From contig CM000208.1 of the NCBI GenBank assembly GCA_000002445.1, positions 2,464,001 to 2,528,000 of the forward strand: a DNA stretch of 64,000 nt, written 5' to 3'. Position 1 is the first letter of the stretch; each line of letters opens with the position of its first letter. Below are positions 41,094 through 53,179 of this stretch, one piece after another. The position numbers were made by a program, and so were the translations under genes. The notes beneath the pieces are model-generated. The model did not search any database, was not told the origin of the DNA, and saw only the letters and a list, made by a program, of their open reading frames with translations. Source of the stretch: Trypanosoma brucei (lineage: Eukaryota).

Positions 41094-42980
41094 ACTTCGA
41101 CTGTATGTGTGTTGCGCGTACAAGAGTATGATAAATAATATAGGAAGGAAAGACAGGGATAGAGATTTGGTGGGAATCAAACGATGAAATTGGTAACACA
41201 AGGATAGGGAAGCATAGACAGACGCATGACTATGGGGTTTGGGTATTCCCGAGGCGGTGGTGAGAATTTTGTGCACTCCTGCTGAAGGATGCTACACCTC
41301 GTTGCTGCGTATTTACGTATATTTGTTGTAAGCATCTGCCGTCACACGTCAAACCATTCAATTCTTGCCCTTTAATTCTGTTATGTCACGCGAACAAACG
41401 CAAGGCGCTCCCACACACCCACTCTCATTCATATCTCTCTCCATTGCCTCATCACTTTCATTATTTTCTTGTCGCTGAGTTGGTTGGTCGGGCGTAAAGA
41501 TGAAGGTGGACTGAAATAGCAATGGTGGGAAGTTGGTGTGACTGTGCACACAACTTCCATTGAAGCGTTTCAGCATTTAGAAAAAAAGGACAAGGGGTGG
41601 GGAAAAAAAGAAAAAGTGAACTGAAGTGAAGTAACGTGAAGTAAACAAGCTGCAAACTTCAACCTGCAATACAACAACAGATGCCAGCAAACCCCGTTCT
41701 GCAATTTGTCTTTCCCACTTCATCCTAATGAACTCACCTCATTCGTCTGCCGCCGTATGACCCCGACGTTACCATCAATGTTATTGTTATCATATTATTC
41801 ACCGCCATCGGCCCCCCACCCCAACACGCCTCCCAAACTCAGTAACAGTATCGCCCGTCACACACACGAACCGCATGATACAGCAACTTTTACCCATTGG
41901 TTTTGTATTCCTTTTTGATATTTACCCCCAACCGTCGTGTTACTCGTTACCGCGGACAGAGCAAATATCACGGTAATAACAACAAAAACGAAAATGCCGA
42001 AGGTGCAAAATAAAAGGTTATTGTCGTCGTCGCCGTTTCCCCACTTTTGAGCCCCATTTTATTTTTTGTTTTGTCTTCCTCCTTTCACCTGAAGGAAGAA
42101 ACCGAATAATTAATCGAAAGAACAATAAAATTGAAAAGAAAAAAGTTTTAAAAGCGCGATTGGCATCCTTTTCTCTCCAGCACCGCGCCTGCAAACGCAC
42201 AAAAAAGGAAAAACCGAAAAAAAAACGGAATTCTGGAGAAGAAAATGTCGCTACTTTATGTGGGTCACACTTTTGCAACAGTGTAAAGCAGTAGCCCGAC
42301 ACGAAAAAGCTAACTTTAAAAAAAAAAAAGTTACCTTGATTTCCCACCTCCACTTCTACCTTCCATCATTTCCCTCCTCATAATCCTCTCATGAACACAT
42401 CCATTTCCTTTCCTGTATCTCCTCTGTGACATCATCAGTATCATTATTACTGCTACCGCCGTCGTTATAATTTAGTCTCATTTTCAGCATTTCGCTTACT
42501 CACCCGCAAGAAGGCAAATGCCGTTAGCATTGTCCGGATGAAGTGAGCTCAGGAGGGAAATCACGGAGGAACAGGAAGAGGAGGAAGCTCAGGAATGGGG
42601 AAATCAAGAGGTAAGAACAGTTTTGCAAAAACTTTAAGAAAGGATAACGGCTACCAATAATCAAAACAACACAAGCAATCGCAACTGTGGATGGTGTTCA
42701 TAAACACAAACACACAGAAAAATGAAAGAAAAAAGCAACAAAAAACTGAAAAGAAACCTGTTAACCAGCAGAATTTTTTGTTCCATACCACCACCACGTG
42801 ACCTTCGATAACGCAACACACGACCGGTGACCAGCGTGATGTGAAGAAGGTGAAAAAAGAAACCAAGCAGATGCCGAGAAGGGACACACGTATAAGTGAA
42901 GAAAAAAAAGGAGCTGAAGTGGCGTGGACAGAAGGAGATAAGGGGGGTCTCAACATTCGGTCTCCACCTAACACGCACAG

Positions 42981-44801
42981 TCAAAACGTAAGAAATGGAT
43001 GTTTCAAAAGTTCCTCAGCCTCTGGGCGCTTCTTCGGATCTCGAATAAAGCACAATTCAAGGAAGCTCATCAGTTGCGGATCCAGATTATCCGGTATCTC
43101 CGTGGGGAGACCAGTCGAGTGCGCTATCTTATACACGGCAGCCCACATAGAATTGCACTCTGGCCACGGCGGCTTCCCGGTTAGCATCTCAACTACAGTA
43201 CACCCAACCGACCAAATGTCGCTCTTCATCCCGTAACCTCCAGCCTCGCCTTTGATAACTTCGGGCGCCATCCAATATGGCGTTCCAACCATCGTTTCAC
43301 AACCATGCGTTTTACTACATACATCATCAATAGTTTTGCTGCAACCGAAGTCTGCTAGTTTAATTATACCCTCCAGTGATACCAAAACGTTGTCCCCCTT
43401 GATGTCCCGGTGCACAATGCCACAGTCGTGAAGATACTTCACTCCGCACACTATCTGAAAGGTCCACTGTCGAACAGTGGGGAGAGGAATGGTTTTGAAC
43501 TTCTTCACGAAGCCGTTGAGGGAACCTCCACTTACAAATTCCATAAATATATTGAGCGTATTTTTCTCCCTGTCTTCCTGGCATCCATGATACTGAACAA
43601 TATTTGGGTGATTAAGACGCTTCATCAGGGCAATTTCATTGCGCAACTTGTCCATTTCGCTCCTGCTGGAAATGGATCCAAGCTCGATAACTTTACAGCA
43701 TACCGTACGCCCGTTTGTAAGTAGAGCCTCATACACTGCTCCAAAACTGCCTTTTCCAACAATCTTCAGCTGCCTCCAACCCTCCAAGTCCGCATCACTG
43801 AGAAACAGACGTTCCCGCCGCACCAGTGCGGTCTTCTCACTGGGGTTACCAGAAATATCGTTACCGTGTTCTACATTAGAAACCACGTTTGGATCATTCA
43901 CATCAAAGTCGCCATTGTGGCTGCCATACATACTGCAGTCGTCGATGCTCCCCAAGGAATTCAGCGTCCCGGGGTTATTGGATGTCCTTGAATCCGACGG
44001 GAAAAGACCCTCTCCGAGCATACGCAACTTCTCGGGGTCTAAACCCTCACAGACAGACAAATCAAGGGTACCGACAAAAGTCTCTATATCCGCAACGACT
44101 GCCTTATGGATTGCCTGAGTGTGGTCATGCTCGCCGTTGATGAAAACGCCAGCAAACCAATCACCATTCGCTAACCACTCGCAACCCTTTCCATGCTTGA
44201 CGCCATCTTTGAAAGAACCCACATACTTTGCACCATCCGCCCAGACATATGTCCCATTTCCATTGGGTTTGTCATTTGCAAAATCCCCCTCGTACACGTC
44301 ACCGTTGACACTGGTAATAACCCCTTTGCCCTCCTTCACGTTGTTTACAAACGTACCCTGAAAAACAACACCATTTGCCTCTATAAGCGTACCCTGCCCG
44401 TGACGAGCGTTCGCAAACCACTCGCCTTCGTAAACGTCGCCGCCAACGTACTCCATTTTCCCCCATCCCTGCCGCATGTCGTCAACCCACTCTCCAGAAT
44501 AAGTTCCGGTTTTGTCACTTAACACTCCGAACCCGTGTTGCACACCACACCTATACTCGCCCTCGTAGCGATCACCATCAGCCCACATGTACACTCCGCG
44601 GCCGTCTATGACATCATCCAGCCATCCTCCCACATACTCGTCACCACTGACCCAACGAGCCCGGCCAAAACCAGACATCCGCCCCTCCTCATCAACAGTT
44701 CCTATATAATATCCCTCCTCAAAGTCAATGCGAGTCTGCTTCCCTTGAGGTCCATCACCCTCGCAGTCACTCACAGAACCATGAGATTCTTGTGTACTCA
44801 T
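42981..44801 (-). CDS. Protein kinase with N-terminal MORN repeats (STE-like Ser/Thr kinase). Start at the internal Met (MSTQESHGS…); the ORF extends to 44831.
   Basis: It has about eight MORN units (YxGxWxxDxxxGxG; for example YEGEWFANARHGQGTL, YEGDFANDKPNGNGTY). The kinase domain follows: GKGSFGAVYEA (Gly loop), VCCK (VAIK-like), HRDIKGDNVLV, DFG, GTPYWMAPEV. Confidence 0.8.
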   Translation of the reverse strand: MSTQESHGSVSDCEGDGPQGKQTRIDFEEGYYIGTVDEEGRMSGFGRARWVSGDEYVGGWLDDVIDGRGVYMWADGDRYEGEYRCGVQHGFGVLSDKTGTYSGEWVDDMRQGWGKMEYVGGDVYEGEWFANARHGQGTLIEANGVVFQGTFVNNVKEGKGVITSVNGDVYEGDFANDKPNGNGTYVWADGAKYVGSFKDGVKHGKGCEWLANGDWFAGVFINGEHDHTQAIHKAVVADIETFVGTLDLSVCEGLDPEKLRMLGEGLFPSDSRTSNNPGTLNSLGSIDDCSMYGSHNGDFDVNDPNVVSNVEHGNDISGNPSEKTALVRRERLFLSDADLEGWRQLKIVGKGSFGAVYEALLTNGRTVCCKVIELGSISSRSEMDKLRNEIALMKRLNHPNIVQYHGCQEDREKNTLNIFMEFVSGGSLNGFVKKFKTIPLPTVRQWTFQIVCGVKYLHDCGIVHRDIKGDNVLVSLEGIIKLADFGCSKTIDDVCSKTHGCETMVGTPYWMAPEVIKGEAGGYGMKSDIWSVGCTVVEMLTGKPPWPECNSMWAAVYKIAHSTGLPTEIPDNLDPQLMSFLELCFIRDPKKRPEAEELLKHPFLTF

Positions 44802-45958
44802 CACCAAAAAAAACAACTTCACACAAAACAAAGAATAAGCTCCTTGGCAACGCTACCACAAAAGAATAAGTACAGAATACAAAAAAAAAAGAGCGAAAAA
44901 GCTGTAGCGAAATCCACCGCAGGGCTCAATGTAAGCTAACTTCGCCCTCCCCCTCCCTCACCCTATGGCCTCAGTGTTGCCCTGTAAAACCTTCTCTGAC
45001 ACTAGTCAAGCAGAGGTAAAAACTAACCTAACCCTAACACTCTCACACAATGAAAGGAGAATCCGTGGGGAATTTGGGAAAAGGCAAAGCACACACGGTA
45101 AGCAGTCGGCACAACCCCTGGCGCAAAGAAGGCGCAACTGCACGCAAACAAGGCATTCGATTCAGTACCTTCTGTAGGATATGTGGGTTGCCATACCGTA
45201 GGCAGTTACCAGTAACAGAAACGTATGGGGAAGGAAAGAATCAAAATATAGCTAAAGCTCCTCAACGCATATATATATATATATATTACCGTTTCACAGC
45301 CAATTCATACATCACACTTAACGCTCCCTCTAAACAACGACCCCAAACAATAACATCCCCAGGTACCTCACCAACAACAACAACAACACAATTCTTAATT
45401 AGCAAATATGGCTTCAATGGAGGCAAAGGAAGAAAGGAAGGACGTACACTCCAACTGTGAGATCCCGCTCGAATCAGCTGTAGCGACGAGAGTAGTTAAC
45501 GGAAGGTCGACCCAGGGACCCACATCGCATCCCTACGCTGCCGTTAACATACCCTCAAGTGAAAATTAAAAAAAAAAATGGACCAAAAGTTGATTTCAGC
45601 AAAAGTGCGTCCGAAAGAAAGGGCACGAAACAACAAACAGAAAATAATCAGCAGCAAAATAAATACATCACATTACGTGGCTATCACTGGACACAACCAA
45701 TAGTTGGTCAGCACGTGCCAGTAGTCGATCGACAAAATACATAATAATCAGCACAGTTAGCACAGGAGAGATAATATCAGCCCTTTCACGCAACGCATTA
45801 TCCACACTCACAACACGAAACAACTACGTTGAGGACAAACGAATGGCGCCACCCAATGGCATACTCCTGCGTACATTGATCTCCACAGTGCAGCACTCAT
45901 ACGTAAAGACCTTCCAATCACAGTTTAAAAAAGAGGAAAATACCGCTTCTCAAATATT

Positions 45959-48900
45959 CTACACCTTGCGACCCGAGTGATTAACGAAGGTTGCGCGGTT
46001 AGTCGTAACATACATCGAAGGGTCCACATGACGGACCTGTACTGCAGGTTTCCCAATGGGACGAGGAGGACATTGTACCTCAGGCCTGATAAACCTGTTG
46101 CGGTATTCGCTGCTTACACCTTGCATAGAAATGCTTGACTGTTTAACAGTCGGAGCAGCCTTTGGCATATAAGGTTTGCTGGCACCGTGTGCCTTGAAAT
46201 CTCTATGCGCGGTACTCACGTACATATCAGCATCTACATGACAAGGGCAGGAATAACCAACATTAGGGGCCTTTTTCCACTTTGACACACGTACTCCGTT
46301 ACCAGTTGGTTGATCGCCCACAGCCGCAGCAGCACACTCAGTAGTAGCTGCAACAGCCGCAGCAGCACCTCCATTACTCTCCCCACTTGCGACACACTTC
46401 ATATCAGTGAAGACATCAACCTTCTTGGATGTCACACCACCATCACTTTTACCTTTCACGACCTTCTTAACAACAATAGCATCAGCTTCAGATGAAGCAG
46501 TAAAGCTATGCCTCATAGACATAACAGATTCATCACCAAAGGAAGACTCCCTACACGAACTCTTATAACAAGAAGAATCATAGCGACAATACGAATCCTT
46601 TGCAGTTGTCCTAAAGTGGCCATCATCACCACCGCGACGTGACACTTTCACAACTTCCTCACGGAGCACATCACGCTTATATGCGGCAGGGTCAATTGGC
46701 GCATACGATTCTGCAGTGGTTGAGCGGGAGTGACTGGGATCAACATGACGAGGGCCCGTTACCTCCTCTTCCTCACGGAGCACATCACGCTTATATGCGG
46801 CAGGGTCAATTGGCGCATACGATTCTGCAGTGGTTGAGCGGAAGTGACTGGGGTCAACATGACGAGGGCCCGTTACCTCCTCTTCCTCACGGAGCACATC
46901 ACGCTTATATGCGGCAGGGTCAATTGGCGCATACGATTCTGCAGTGGTTGAGCGGAAGTGACTGGGATCAACATGACGAGGGCCCGTTGCCTCCTCTTCC
47001 TCACGGAGCACATCACGCTTATATGCGGCAGGGTCAATTGGCGCATACGATTCTGCAGTGGTTGAGCGCAAGTGACTGGGATCAACATGACGAGGGCCCG
47101 TTGCCTCCTCTTCCTCACGGAGCACATCACGCTTATATGCGGCAGGGTCAATTGGCGCATACGATTCTGCAGTGGTTGAGCGGAAGTGACTGGGATCAAC
47201 ATGACGAGGGCCCGTTGCCTCCTCTTCCTCACGGAGCACATCACGCTTATATGCGGCAGGGTCAATTGGCGCATACGATTCTGCAGTGGTTGAGCGGAAG
47301 TGACTGGGATCAACATGACGAGGGCCCGTTGCCTCCTCTTCCTCACGGAGCACATCACGCTTATATGCGGCAGGGTCAATTGGCGCATACGATTCTGCAG
47401 TGGTTGAGCGGAAGTGACTGGGATCAACATGACGAGGGCCCGTTACCTCCTCTTCCTCACGGAGCACATCACGCTTATATGCGGCAGGGTCAATTGGTGC
47501 ATACGATTCTGCAGTGGTTGAGCGGAAGTGACTGGGGTCAACATGACGAGGGCCCGTTACCTCCTCTTCCTCACGGAGCACATCACGCTTATATGCGGCA
47601 GGGTCAATTGGCGCATACGATTCTGCAGTGGTTGAGCGGAAGTGACTGGGATCAACATGACGAGGGCCCGTTACCTCCTCTTCCTCACGGAGCACATCAC
47701 GCTTATATGCGGCAGGGTCAATTGGTGCATACGATTCTGCAGTGGTTGAGCGGAAGTGACTGGGATCAACATGACGAGGGCCCGTTACCTCCTCTTCCTC
47801 ACGGAGCACATCACGCTTATATGCGGCAGGGTCAATTGGTGCATACGATTCTGCAGTGGTTGAGCGGAAGTGACTGGGGTCAACATGACGAGGGCCCGTT
47901 ACCTCCTCTTCCTCACGGAGCACATCACGCTTATATGCGGCAGGGTCAATTGGTGCATACGATTCTGCAGTGGTTGAGCGGAAGTGACTGGGGTCAACAT
48001 GACGAGGGCCCGTTACCTCCTCTTCCTCACGGAGCACATCACGCTTATATGCGGCAGGGTCAATTGGCGCATACGATTCTGCAGTGGTTGAGCGGAAGTG
48101 ACTGGGATCAACATGACGAGGGCCCGTTACCTCCTCTTCCTCACGGAGCACATCACGCTTATATGCGGCAGGGTCAATTGGCGCATACGATTCTGCAGTG
48201 GTTGAGCGGAAGTGACTGGGATCAACATGACGAGGGCCCGTTACCTCCTCTTCCTCACGGAGCACATCACGCTTATATGCGGCAGGGTCAATTGGCGCAT
48301 ACGATTCTGCAGTGGTTGAGCGGAAGTGACTGGGGTCAACATGACGAGGGCCCGTTACCTCCTCTTCCTCACGGAGCACATCACGCTTATATGCGGCAGG
48401 GTCAATTGGCGCATACGATTCTGCAGTGGTTGAGCGGAAGTGACTGGGGTCAACATGACGAGGGCCCGTTACCTCCTCTTCCTCACGGAGCACATCACGC
48501 TTATATGCGGCAGGGTCAATTGGCGCATACGATTCTGCAGTGGTTGAGCGGAAGTGACTGGGGTCAACATGACGAGGGCCCGTTACCTCCTCTTCCTCAC
48601 GGAGCACATCACGCTTATATGCGGCAGGGTCAATTGGCGCATACGATTCTGCAGTGGTTGAGCGGAAGTGACTGGGGTCAACATGACGAGGGCCCGTTAC
48701 CTCCTCTTCCTCACGGAGCACATCACGCTTATATGCGGCAGGGTCAATTGGTGCATACGATTCTGCAGTGGTTGAGCGGAAGTGACTGGGGTCAACATGA
48801 CGAGGGCCCGTTACCTCCTCTTCCTCACGGAGCACATCACGCTTATATGCGGCAGGGTCAATTGGCGCATACGATTCTGCAGTGGTTGAGCGGAAGTGAC

Positions 48901-51900
48901 TGGGGTCAACATGACGAGGGCCCGTTACCTCCTCTTCCTCACGGAGCACATCACGCTTATATGCGGCAGGGTCAATTGGCGCATACGATTCTGCAGTGGT
49001 TGAGCGGAAGTGACTGGGATCAACATGACGAGGGCCCGTTACCTCCTCTTCCTCACGGAGCACATCACGCTTATATGCGGCAGGGTCAATTGGTGCATAC
49101 GATTCTGCAGTGGTTGAGCGGAAGTGACTGGGGTCAACATGACGAGGGCCCGTTACCTCCTCTTCCTCACGGAGCACATCACGCTTATATGCGGCAGGGT
49201 CAATTGGCGCATACGATTCTGCAGTGGTTGAGCGGAAGTGACTGGGATCAACATGACGAGGGCCCGTTACCTCCTCTTCCTCACGGAGCACATCACGCTT
49301 ATATGCGGCAGGGTCAATTGGCGCATACGATTCTGCAGTGGTTGAGCGGAAGTGACTGGGGTCAACATGACGAGGGCCCGTTACCTCCTCTTCCTCACGG
49401 AGCACATCACGCTTATATGCGGCAGGGTCAATTGGTGCATACGATTCTGCAGTGGTTGAGCGGAAGTGACTGGGGTCAACATGACGAGGGCCCGTTACCT
49501 CCTCTTCCTCACGGAGCACATCACGCTTATATGCGGCAGGGTCAATTGGTGCATACGATTCTGCAGTGGTTGAGCGGAAGTGACTGGGATCAACATGACG
49601 AGGGCCCGTTGCCTCCTCTTCCTCACGGAGCACATCACGCTTATATGCGGCAGGGTCAATTGGCGCATACGATTCTGCAGTGGTTGAGCGGAAGTGACTG
49701 GGATCAACATGACGAGGGCCCGTTACCTCCTCTTCCTCACGGAGCACATCACGCTTATATGCGGCAGGGTCAATTGGTGCATACGATTCTGCAGTGGTTG
49801 AGCGGAAGTGACTGGGGTCAACATGACGAGGGCCCGTTGCCTCCTCTTCCTCACGGAGCACATCACGCTTATATGCGGCAGGGTCAATTGGCGCATACGA
49901 TTCTGCAGTGGTTGAGCGGAAGTGACTGGGATCAACATGACGAGGGCCCGTTACCTCCTCTTCCTCACGGAGCACATCACGCTTATATGCGGCAGGGTCA
50001 ATTGGCGCATACGATTCTGCAGTGGTTGAGCGGAAGTGACTGGGATCAACATGACGAGGGCCCGTTACCTCCTCTTCCTCACGGAGCACATCACGCTTAT
50101 ATGCGGCAGGGTCAATTGGCGCATACGATTCTTCAGTGGTTGAGCGGAAGTGACTGGGATCAACATGACGAGGGCCCGTTACCTCCTCTTCCTCACGGAG
50201 CACATCACGCTTATATGCGGCAGGGTCAATTGGTGCATACGATTCTGCAGTGGTTGAGCGGAAGTGACTGGGATCAACATGACGAGGGCCCGTTACCTCC
50301 TCTTCCTCACGGAGCACATCACGCTTATATGCGGCAGGGTCAATTGGTGCATGCGATTCTGCAGTGGTTGAGCGGAAGTGACTGGGGTCAACATGACGAG
50401 GGCCCGTTACCTCCTCTTCCTCACGGAGCACATCACGCTTATATGCGGCAGGGTCAATTGGTGCATACGATTCTGCAGTGGTTGAGCGGAAGTGACTGGG
50501 GTCAACATGACGAGGGCCCGTTACCTCCTCTTCCTCACGGAGCACATCACGCTTATATGCGGCAGGGTCAATTGGCGCATACGATTCTGCAGTGGTTGAG
50601 CGGAAGTGACTGGGGTCAACATGACGAGGGCCCGTTACCTCCTCTTCCTCACGGAGCACATCACGCTTATATGCGGCAGGGTCAATTGGCGCATACGATT
50701 CTGCAGTGGTTGAGCGGAAGTGACTGGGGTCAACATGACGAGGGCCCGTTACCTCCTCTTCCTCACGGAGCACATCACGCTTATATGCGGCAGGGTCAAT
50801 TGGCGCATACGATTCTGCAGTGGTTGAGCGGAAGTGACTGGGGTCAACATGACGAGGGCCCGTTACCTCCTCTTCCTCACGGAGCACATCACGCTTATAT
50901 GCGGCAGGGTCAATTGGCGCATACGATTCTGCAGTGGTTGAGCGGAAGTGACTGGGATCAACATGACGAGGGCCCGTTACCTCCTCTTCCTCACGGAGCA
51001 CATCACGCTTATATGCGGCAGGGTCAATTGGTGCATACGATTCTGCAGTGGTTGAGCGGAAGTGACTGGGGTCAACATGACGAGGGCCCGTTACCTCCTC
51101 TTCCTCACGGAGCACATCACGCTTATATGCGGCAGGGTCAATTGGCGCATACGATTCTGCAGTGGTTGAGCGGAAGTGACTGGGATCAACATGACGAGGG
51201 CCCGTTACCTCCTCTTCCTCACGGAGCACATCACGCTTATATGCGGCAGGGTCAATTGGTGCATACGATTCTGCAGTGGTTGAGCGGAAGTGACTGGGGT
51301 CAACATGACGAGGGCCCGTTGCCTCCTCTTCCTCACGGAGCACATCACGCTTATATGCGGCAGGGTCAATTGGCGCATACGATTCTGCAGTGGTTGAGCG
51401 GAAGTGACTGGGATCAACATGACGAGGGCCCGTTGCCTCCTCTTCCTCACGGAGCACATCACGCTTATATGCGGCAGGGTCAATTGGTGCATACGATTCT
51501 GCAGTGGTTGAGCGGAAGTGACTGGGATCAACATGACGAGGGCCCGTTACCTCCTCTTCCTCACGGAGCACATCACGCTTATATGCGGCAGGGTCAATTG
51601 GTGCATACGATTCTGCAGTGGTTGAGCGGAAGTGACTGGGGTCAACATGACGAGGGCCCGTTACCTCCTCTTCCTCACGGAGCACATCACGCTTATATGC
51701 GGCAGGGTCAATTGGTGCATACGATTCTGCAGTGGTTGAGCGGAAGTGACTGGGGTCAACATGACGAGGGCCCGTTACCTCCTCTTCCTCACGGAGCACA
51801 TCACGCTTATATGCGGCAGGGTCAATTGGTGCATACGATTCTGCAGTGGTTGAGCGGAAGTGACTGGGATCAACATGACGAGGGCCCGTTACCTCCTCTT

Positions 51901-52276
51901 CCTCACGGAGCATATCACGCTTATATGCGGCAGGGTCAATTGGTGCATACGATTCTGCAGTGGTTGAGCGGAAGTGACTGGGATCAACATGACGAGGGCC
52001 CGTTACCTCCTCTTCCTCACGGAGCATATCACGCTTATATGCGGCAGGGTCAATTGGTGCATACGATTCTTTCATTGTGGAAAGTATTTCTTTATAATTT
52101 TGTTTATTTGCTTTTTGTTGTTTCATATAAAGGTTTTCAGTATTGTGCGGCAAACTTTTTTTTTTGTTTTTTATGTCGATGCAATCGTAGACCTCTGCTC
52201 TTTCTTTATCTCTTTGTGGATATGGTTGCGGATCATTCCACTTATAGTCTGCTTCTAATCCCTTTGTGCCAGGCAT
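45959..52276 (-). CDS. MARP: Microtubule-associated repetitive protein (MARP-type), copy B, 2105 aa, about 46-47 repeats of 38 aa
   Basis: Same architecture and termini as copy A. The unique C-terminal domain differs at a few residues (for example …SRRGGDDGH…, …MSMRHSF…, …SSEADAIV…). Confidence 0.85.
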   Translation of the reverse strand: MPGTKGLEADYKWNDPQPYPQRDKERAEVYDCIDIKNKKKSLPHNTENLYMKQQKANKQNYKEILSTMKESYAPIDPAAYKRDMLREEEEVTGPRHVDPSHFRSTTAESYAPIDPAAYKRDMLREEEEVTGPRHVDPSHFRSTTAESYAPIDPAAYKRDVLREEEEVTGPRHVDPSHFRSTTAESYAPIDPAAYKRDVLREEEEVTGPRHVDPSHFRSTTAESYAPIDPAAYKRDVLREEEEVTGPRHVDPSHFRSTTAESYAPIDPAAYKRDVLREEEEATGPRHVDPSHFRSTTAESYAPIDPAAYKRDVLREEEEATGPRHVDPSHFRSTTAESYAPIDPAAYKRDVLREEEEVTGPRHVDPSHFRSTTAESYAPIDPAAYKRDVLREEEEVTGPRHVDPSHFRSTTAESYAPIDPAAYKRDVLREEEEVTGPRHVDPSHFRSTTAESYAPIDPAAYKRDVLREEEEVTGPRHVDPSHFRSTTAESYAPIDPAAYKRDVLREEEEVTGPRHVDPSHFRSTTAESYAPIDPAAYKRDVLREEEEVTGPRHVDPSHFRSTTAESYAPIDPAAYKRDVLREEEEVTGPRHVDPSHFRSTTAESYAPIDPAAYKRDVLREEEEVTGPRHVDPSHFRSTTAESHAPIDPAAYKRDVLREEEEVTGPRHVDPSHFRSTTAESYAPIDPAAYKRDVLREEEEVTGPRHVDPSHFRSTTEESYAPIDPAAYKRDVLREEEEVTGPRHVDPSHFRSTTAESYAPIDPAAYKRDVLREEEEVTGPRHVDPSHFRSTTAESYAPIDPAAYKRDVLREEEEATGPRHVDPSHFRSTTAESYAPIDPAAYKRDVLREEEEVTGPRHVDPSHFRSTTAESYAPIDPAAYKRDVLREEEEATGPRHVDPSHFRSTTAESYAPIDPAAYKRDVLREEEEVTGPRHVDPSHFRSTTAESYAPIDPAAYKRDVLREEEEVTGPRHVDPSHFRSTTAESYAPIDPAAYKRDVLREEEEVTGPRHVDPSHFRSTTAESYAPIDPAAYKRDVLREEEEVTGPRHVDPSHFRSTTAESYAPIDPAAYKRDVLREEEEVTGPRHVDPSHFRSTTAESYAPIDPAAYKRDVLREEEEVTGPRHVDPSHFRSTTAESYAPIDPAAYKRDVLREEEEVTGPRHVDPSHFRSTTAESYAPIDPAAYKRDVLREEEEVTGPRHVDPSHFRSTTAESYAPIDPAAYKRDVLREEEEVTGPRHVDPSHFRSTTAESYAPIDPAAYKRDVLREEEEVTGPRHVDPSHFRSTTAESYAPIDPAAYKRDVLREEEEVTGPRHVDPSHFRSTTAESYAPIDPAAYKRDVLREEEEVTGPRHVDPSHFRSTTAESYAPIDPAAYKRDVLREEEEVTGPRHVDPSHFRSTTAESYAPIDPAAYKRDVLREEEEVTGPRHVDPSHFRSTTAESYAPIDPAAYKRDVLREEEEVTGPRHVDPSHFRSTTAESYAPIDPAAYKRDVLREEEEVTGPRHVDPSHFRSTTAESYAPIDPAAYKRDVLREEEEVTGPRHVDPSHFRSTTAESYAPIDPAAYKRDVLREEEEVTGPRHVDPSHFRSTTAESYAPIDPAAYKRDVLREEEEVTGPRHVDPSHFRSTTAESYAPIDPAAYKRDVLREEEEATGPRHVDPSHFRSTTAESYAPIDPAAYKRDVLREEEEATGPRHVDPSHFRSTTAESYAPIDPAAYKRDVLREEEEATGPRHVDPSHLRSTTAESYAPIDPAAYKRDVLREEEEATGPRHVDPSHFRSTTAESYAPIDPAAYKRDVLREEEEVTGPRHVDPSHFRSTTAESYAPIDPAAYKRDVLREEEEVTGPRHVDPSHSRSTTAESYAPIDPAAYKRDVLREEVVKVSRRGGDDGHFRTTAKDSYCRYDSSCYKSSCRESSFGDESVMSMRHSFTASSEADAIVVKKVVKGKSDGGVTSKKVDVFTDMKCVASGESNGGAAAAVAATTECAAAAVGDQPTGNGVRVSKWKKAPNVGYSCPCHVDADMYVSTAHRDFKAHGASKPYMPKAAPTVKQSSISMQGVSSEYRNRFIRPEVQCPPRPIGKPAVQVRHVDPSMYVTTNRATFVNHSGRKV
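46650..52065. repeat. Tandem array of 114-bp units (MARP repeat array B)
   Basis: 114-bp period with the same three variant positions as array A. Confidence 0.9.
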
Positions 52277-52606
52277 CCTTCCTTTGGTATTTTTGATTCC
52301 TATTTATTGTAAGTAGTTTTTACACTTATATTTCTGAAGGTAAGATGCTTCTTTTTCTTAGGTGATTTATGGATATTGAGTAGAGAAATTATATCCTGCA
52401 GAGGGGTGTGTGGTAAATTATCTTACAGCGAATATTCTAATTTTTTTTCATCATTTGGGGTTGAGTTAGCGGATATTAAGGTATACTTTTGGTGTTCAGT
52501 CATCACAGTTCCTTGTGGAAGGTGTTACTCATGCAAATACACGTGACGTTAGGCGTTTGAGAAACTGCCTCCTTTTCTACATCTACTGACTGGCAACCGC
52601 TGGTCG

Positions 52607-53179
52607 TTACATTTGGGTTCTCGCGCCACAGTTCCTTCCCGCGGACAACTGTCTTTGCACGTGGTGGTTTAAAATGGTGACATCCATAGCAGACTTTGTT
52701 GTGCGAAATCGGTCAACCATGGCATCATCTACTGTTGGTTGGTTTACTGGTTTGGACAGTTTCCCAGTTAGTGCAAAGCGGTCTACGCCGCTGAGCGTGT
52801 TTAACGGTTTGCAATGGTGCTTTGGCTTCCCATACCTGCTATCAATCAGGTATCGCTGTGTGGCGCCATAGTCTTTGCTTGTTGCCACAACTTCATCGAC
52901 TGTTGGTAGGCCGCTTCCAAATATAAGGCTCTTCCCGAGTCCACGCTGCCGCAACATCGGCCGGACAGCTGTAACACATGGGGTAGAGTAATCAGCCTTA
53001 TAAACTGAGGACGGCAGCGGAGATTGGCCGTCTACTGCGATCGTGAATTTGCCATGCGCCTCATTGATGCGTGCGTCGAACCAGTTATCTACGAGGACAC
53101 CGCTGTTGTAATGGTTGTCAAAACATGGAAGAACTCGCTTGTCCCCGGTGTGCATGCTGGCGCCTGCAACCGATTCCAC
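52607..53179 (-). CDS. Hypothetical 190-aa protein, copy B (identical to 29170-29742)
   Basis: Identical ORF in the duplicated segment. Confidence 0.5.
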   Translation of the reverse strand: MESVAGASMHTGDKRVLPCFDNHYNSGVLVDNWFDARINEAHGKFTIAVDGQSPLPSSVYKADYSTPCVTAVRPMLRQRGLGKSLIFGSGLPTVDEVVATSKDYGATQRYLIDSRYGKPKHHCKPLNTLSGVDRFALTGKLSKPVNQPTVDDAMVDRFRTTKSAMDVTILNHHVQRQLSAGRNCGARTQM

